A DNA stretch of 38,571 bases from Candidatus Peregrinibacteria bacterium (GTDB lineage: Bacteria > Patescibacteriota > Gracilibacteria > UBA1369 > LOWO2-01-FULL-3), in NCBI GenBank assembly GCA_016186245.1, contig JACPLZ010000024.1:17941-56511 (forward strand), read 5' to 3'. How positions within the stretch are numbered: the stretch's first letter is position 1; each line of letters begins with the position of its first letter. Both the position numbers and the translations under genes were made by a program. Under the pieces are notes generated by a model. That model was not told the origin of the DNA. It ran no database searches and worked only from the letters and a program-made list of their open reading frames with translations. Shown here one piece after another: positions 37,401 to 38,571 of this stretch.

Positions 37401-38465
37401 ATGAGCGCCGATAAGGGCTGCGGTGAAGAATTCCGCAATGAGGCAAAATTTGTCGCTTACACAAATGATAATTACGAAGGCGACAAATATGAAGATAAAG
37501 ACAGCGCCAAAGTGATTGTTATTTGCCCTTACATCCTCACAAGATCAGGAGGCGACATATTTTTCTATGATGCTCTTGATACCGGAGTCGATGTGGCTGC
37601 ATGCGCTCCTGTAAAAGGAAGCGACGGACCTGTTGTTACGCCGGAAAGGCCGGAAAAACCCCGCCCGCCGGTAACCGGCGCAGGCGACCTGCCGGAAGCC
37701 ATCAGCTATCTTAACCTCCCATCTCACGATATTTGCCGTTATAGCAACCTAGAAAGCAATATCGAAAATTACAACGATGCCCTGAAAAATTTCTCGAGCA
37801 CAATTTGTGAATTGCGCGCAGAAGTAGCCGACAGCTGGCAGGAAGAAAATATCGTAAAATCAATCGCCGCAAACATCACCAGGATCGCCCGCTTCGGCGA
37901 AAACCTACTCCAATCGGAGCTTGATAGCATTCTTGATCTTACAACCACTGCAAATCGGCAGAGCGGAGTTTTTGTAAGAACAAGCGGAGACCTCGAAATC
38001 GGCAATAACGGCGTATATTTCATCAAAACCGGAAACAACATCCCTGCCGCACAGACATATATAATCCGCGGCCATGATCTATATATCAATTCCAATATTG
38101 AATATGGTCCGACAGATTACAGCAAACCAAAATCAATTCCTTCAGCGGCATTTATCGTACTGGACGGAAATATTCACATTGATAAGGATGTCAGCAGAAT
38201 TGATGGAATTTTCATGGCGGTTGATCTAAACCGCGACGGCAGCGATGGAAAAATCACCAGTGAAGGCGGCAAAACCACAACCCGTTTGCTCATCAACGGA
38301 AATTTGATCGGAAATGTTTACGATCTGTTTAAGAACAGAACAGGCGTGGGCGATCCGCGCAAAGACGAAGGCTCGGTAACAATTTACTATGATGAAAGAA
38401 TTTTATTGAACACCCCGCCTGGAATAAGCGAACTGATTGACCTGCAGCAAGCCATCGTGCCATAA
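34404..38465 (+). CDS. Large secreted/surface protein (1353 aa) with Cys-bracketed beta-rich repeats and a C-terminal beta-helix-like domain
   Basis: Signal peptide MNKLTKKSVIGALAAVILTGAAFNISTYA; repeated C..[LI].[LI]; C-terminal GDLEI / HDLYINSNI / GNIHID..V.RIDG / LLINGNLIG / IYYDER. Confidence 0.85.
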   Translation: MNKLTKKSVIGALAAVILTGAAFNISTYADENTSPDCSEIIQYFSERLDTIDDSAVYEGSTDCDNSHFEPFPGRHTETIDPSTHQATDKTAHQPFSEHSHTYINQSEENIGTQYNYYTRAIIDTFEIKLHEDFQETIDFDSIECSGLPENNNCTGEKSSGSRTYTVTFDRTNGIIQWRFTGEKPKIAGKNPHLDQLRGTPGYSSEEINRMVKEGISFKTNEQEKEFWSATSTAKILIKDQFAKLPASATTSVIGTLAWQDAEPAGADPDNDKFYWFDIGTTSTVWQKEIAQVEEACKDIQIDHPEDIYEGTLSRFRARAISGGTGETLGGKIRYSVENGHGAFYATRPENLPTFILNSSRMINEIPLTSFMSTNILEFINELFGEERSPIPSIPTPADFGSTSVVEAATVFSAGGNTVEVDPYKNVYFMADQAGNDVIHIQPINDPGNYCKRDFDIIPKNACANLELISNPTAPLTIGQNAELNLVNPLDINGNPLPPSTKIVWSSGNTRGRFTYGDRTGRTLTLNLDQQPVQISGIVLPGLIQAKVQPGDLAYSNKCQPTISVELPLACKNLRLQVQEFNKNEFGANETKYILESNGFYKVEGYPAFTRPNSEITVGYTIDPDFGTFVKISSDSSSVWNILTINALRLANNLTPETLETTLGSEKLNKTITLPQGKKAHLITFSNNEHSSDAALRVKATGFNCGAAMEFKGIADVLQSMECLDLEIIEPSEPWYINDKDTETIKISATTDPAGKEEDLHFTWKVSNGGKWEETDTALIEAKKTDTTQTLKDFTKDTVVEVWAEENKNACYDKLTARELEKPGEEPEKEVPEINKFAFSENDIDHADDDIINISSETDYVTYMIAYTPGDYNSVSIQETSLENGEIRSIGNLNGSLKFTAMNITILKDGASQAVKILQTAGYRDDYQDRRAKTTAKDYSCENNNDDFCFEDDAEELVNKFKNGRTIRFNNTDELGTDGKLIIKYQLANKSEIDEDTCKKMSADKGCGEEFRNEAKFVAYTNDNYEGDKYEDKDSAKVIVICPYILTRSGGDIFFYDALDTGVDVAACAPVKGSDGPVVTPERPEKPRPPVTGAGDLPEAISYLNLPSHDICRYSNLESNIENYNDALKNFSSTICELRAEVADSWQEENIVKSIAANITRIARFGENLLQSELDSILDLTTTANRQSGVFVRTSGDLEIGNNGVYFIKTGNNIPAAQTYIIRGHDLYINSNIEYGPTDYSKPKSIPSAAFIVLDGNIHIDKDVSRIDGIFMAVDLNRDGSDGKITSEGGKTTTRLLINGNLIGNVYDLFKNRTGVGDPRKDEGSVTIYYDERILLNTPPGISELIDLQQAIVP

Positions 38466-38482
38466 ACATGACCGGAATTCAC

Positions 38483-38571
38483 TGTCATGGTGAGCTTGTC
38501 GAACCATCGTGTCATCCTGCAGATTTTTGCCTCGCAAAAATCCCTTCTCCTTCTCCTGTGTCATCCTGCAG
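38483..38571. repeat. TGTCA-family REP-like cluster at the window end
   Basis: TGTCATGGTGAGCTTGTCGAACCAT, then TGTCATCCTGCAG twice (38510, 38559) with the hairpin GATTTTTGC-CTC-GCAAAAATC. Confidence 0.8.

Noticed and set aside
1..38571. Alternative genetic code (UGA=Gly, as in Gracilibacteria/Absconditabacteria)
   Set aside because: Conserved genes are uninterrupted under code 11 and several end at TGA at the expected position (ruvC, priA, murE, tpiA).

Overview
A 38.6-kb bacterial chromosomal segment, mostly housekeeping genes. It uses the standard genetic code (TGA is a stop). Gene content and style suggest a Patescibacteria/CPR genome, plausibly Peregrinibacteria-like (inference): N-terminally short MurE, short Pyk, archaeal-type TIM, stand-alone riboflavin kinase, very large orphan proteins and few Shine-Dalgarno motifs. 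Recognisable genes are pyk, ruvC, a TPR protein, pilD, gpmA, manC, a cupin, secDF, tRNA-Arg(UCG), an M15 peptidase, priA, trpS, an AbrB/PIN toxin-antitoxin pair, pyrG, lgt-like, greA-rpoD-dnaG, mraY/wecA-like, truB, murE, riboflavin kinase, an O-antigen-ligase-like protein and tpiA. A two-gene unit of very large unknown proteins (1678 and 1353 aa) ends the window. Most notable: (1) a SecDF fusion with two parvulin-type PPIase domains inserted in its P1 domain and an extra TM hairpin; (2) a ~108-nt nested-palindrome element in two full copies with compensatory substitutions, plus TGTCA-tagged REP-like repeats that have entered gene ends (gpmA tail, pyk/ruvC junction); (3) at least seven genes with a -10 box 6-7 nt before the ATG, suggesting leaderless mRNAs; (4) the giant-protein pair, a candidate host-interaction system; (5) a protein with tandem PilC/GspF-N-like domains coupled to a non-canonical Lgt. 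All calls come from reading motifs by eye; no database searches were run.
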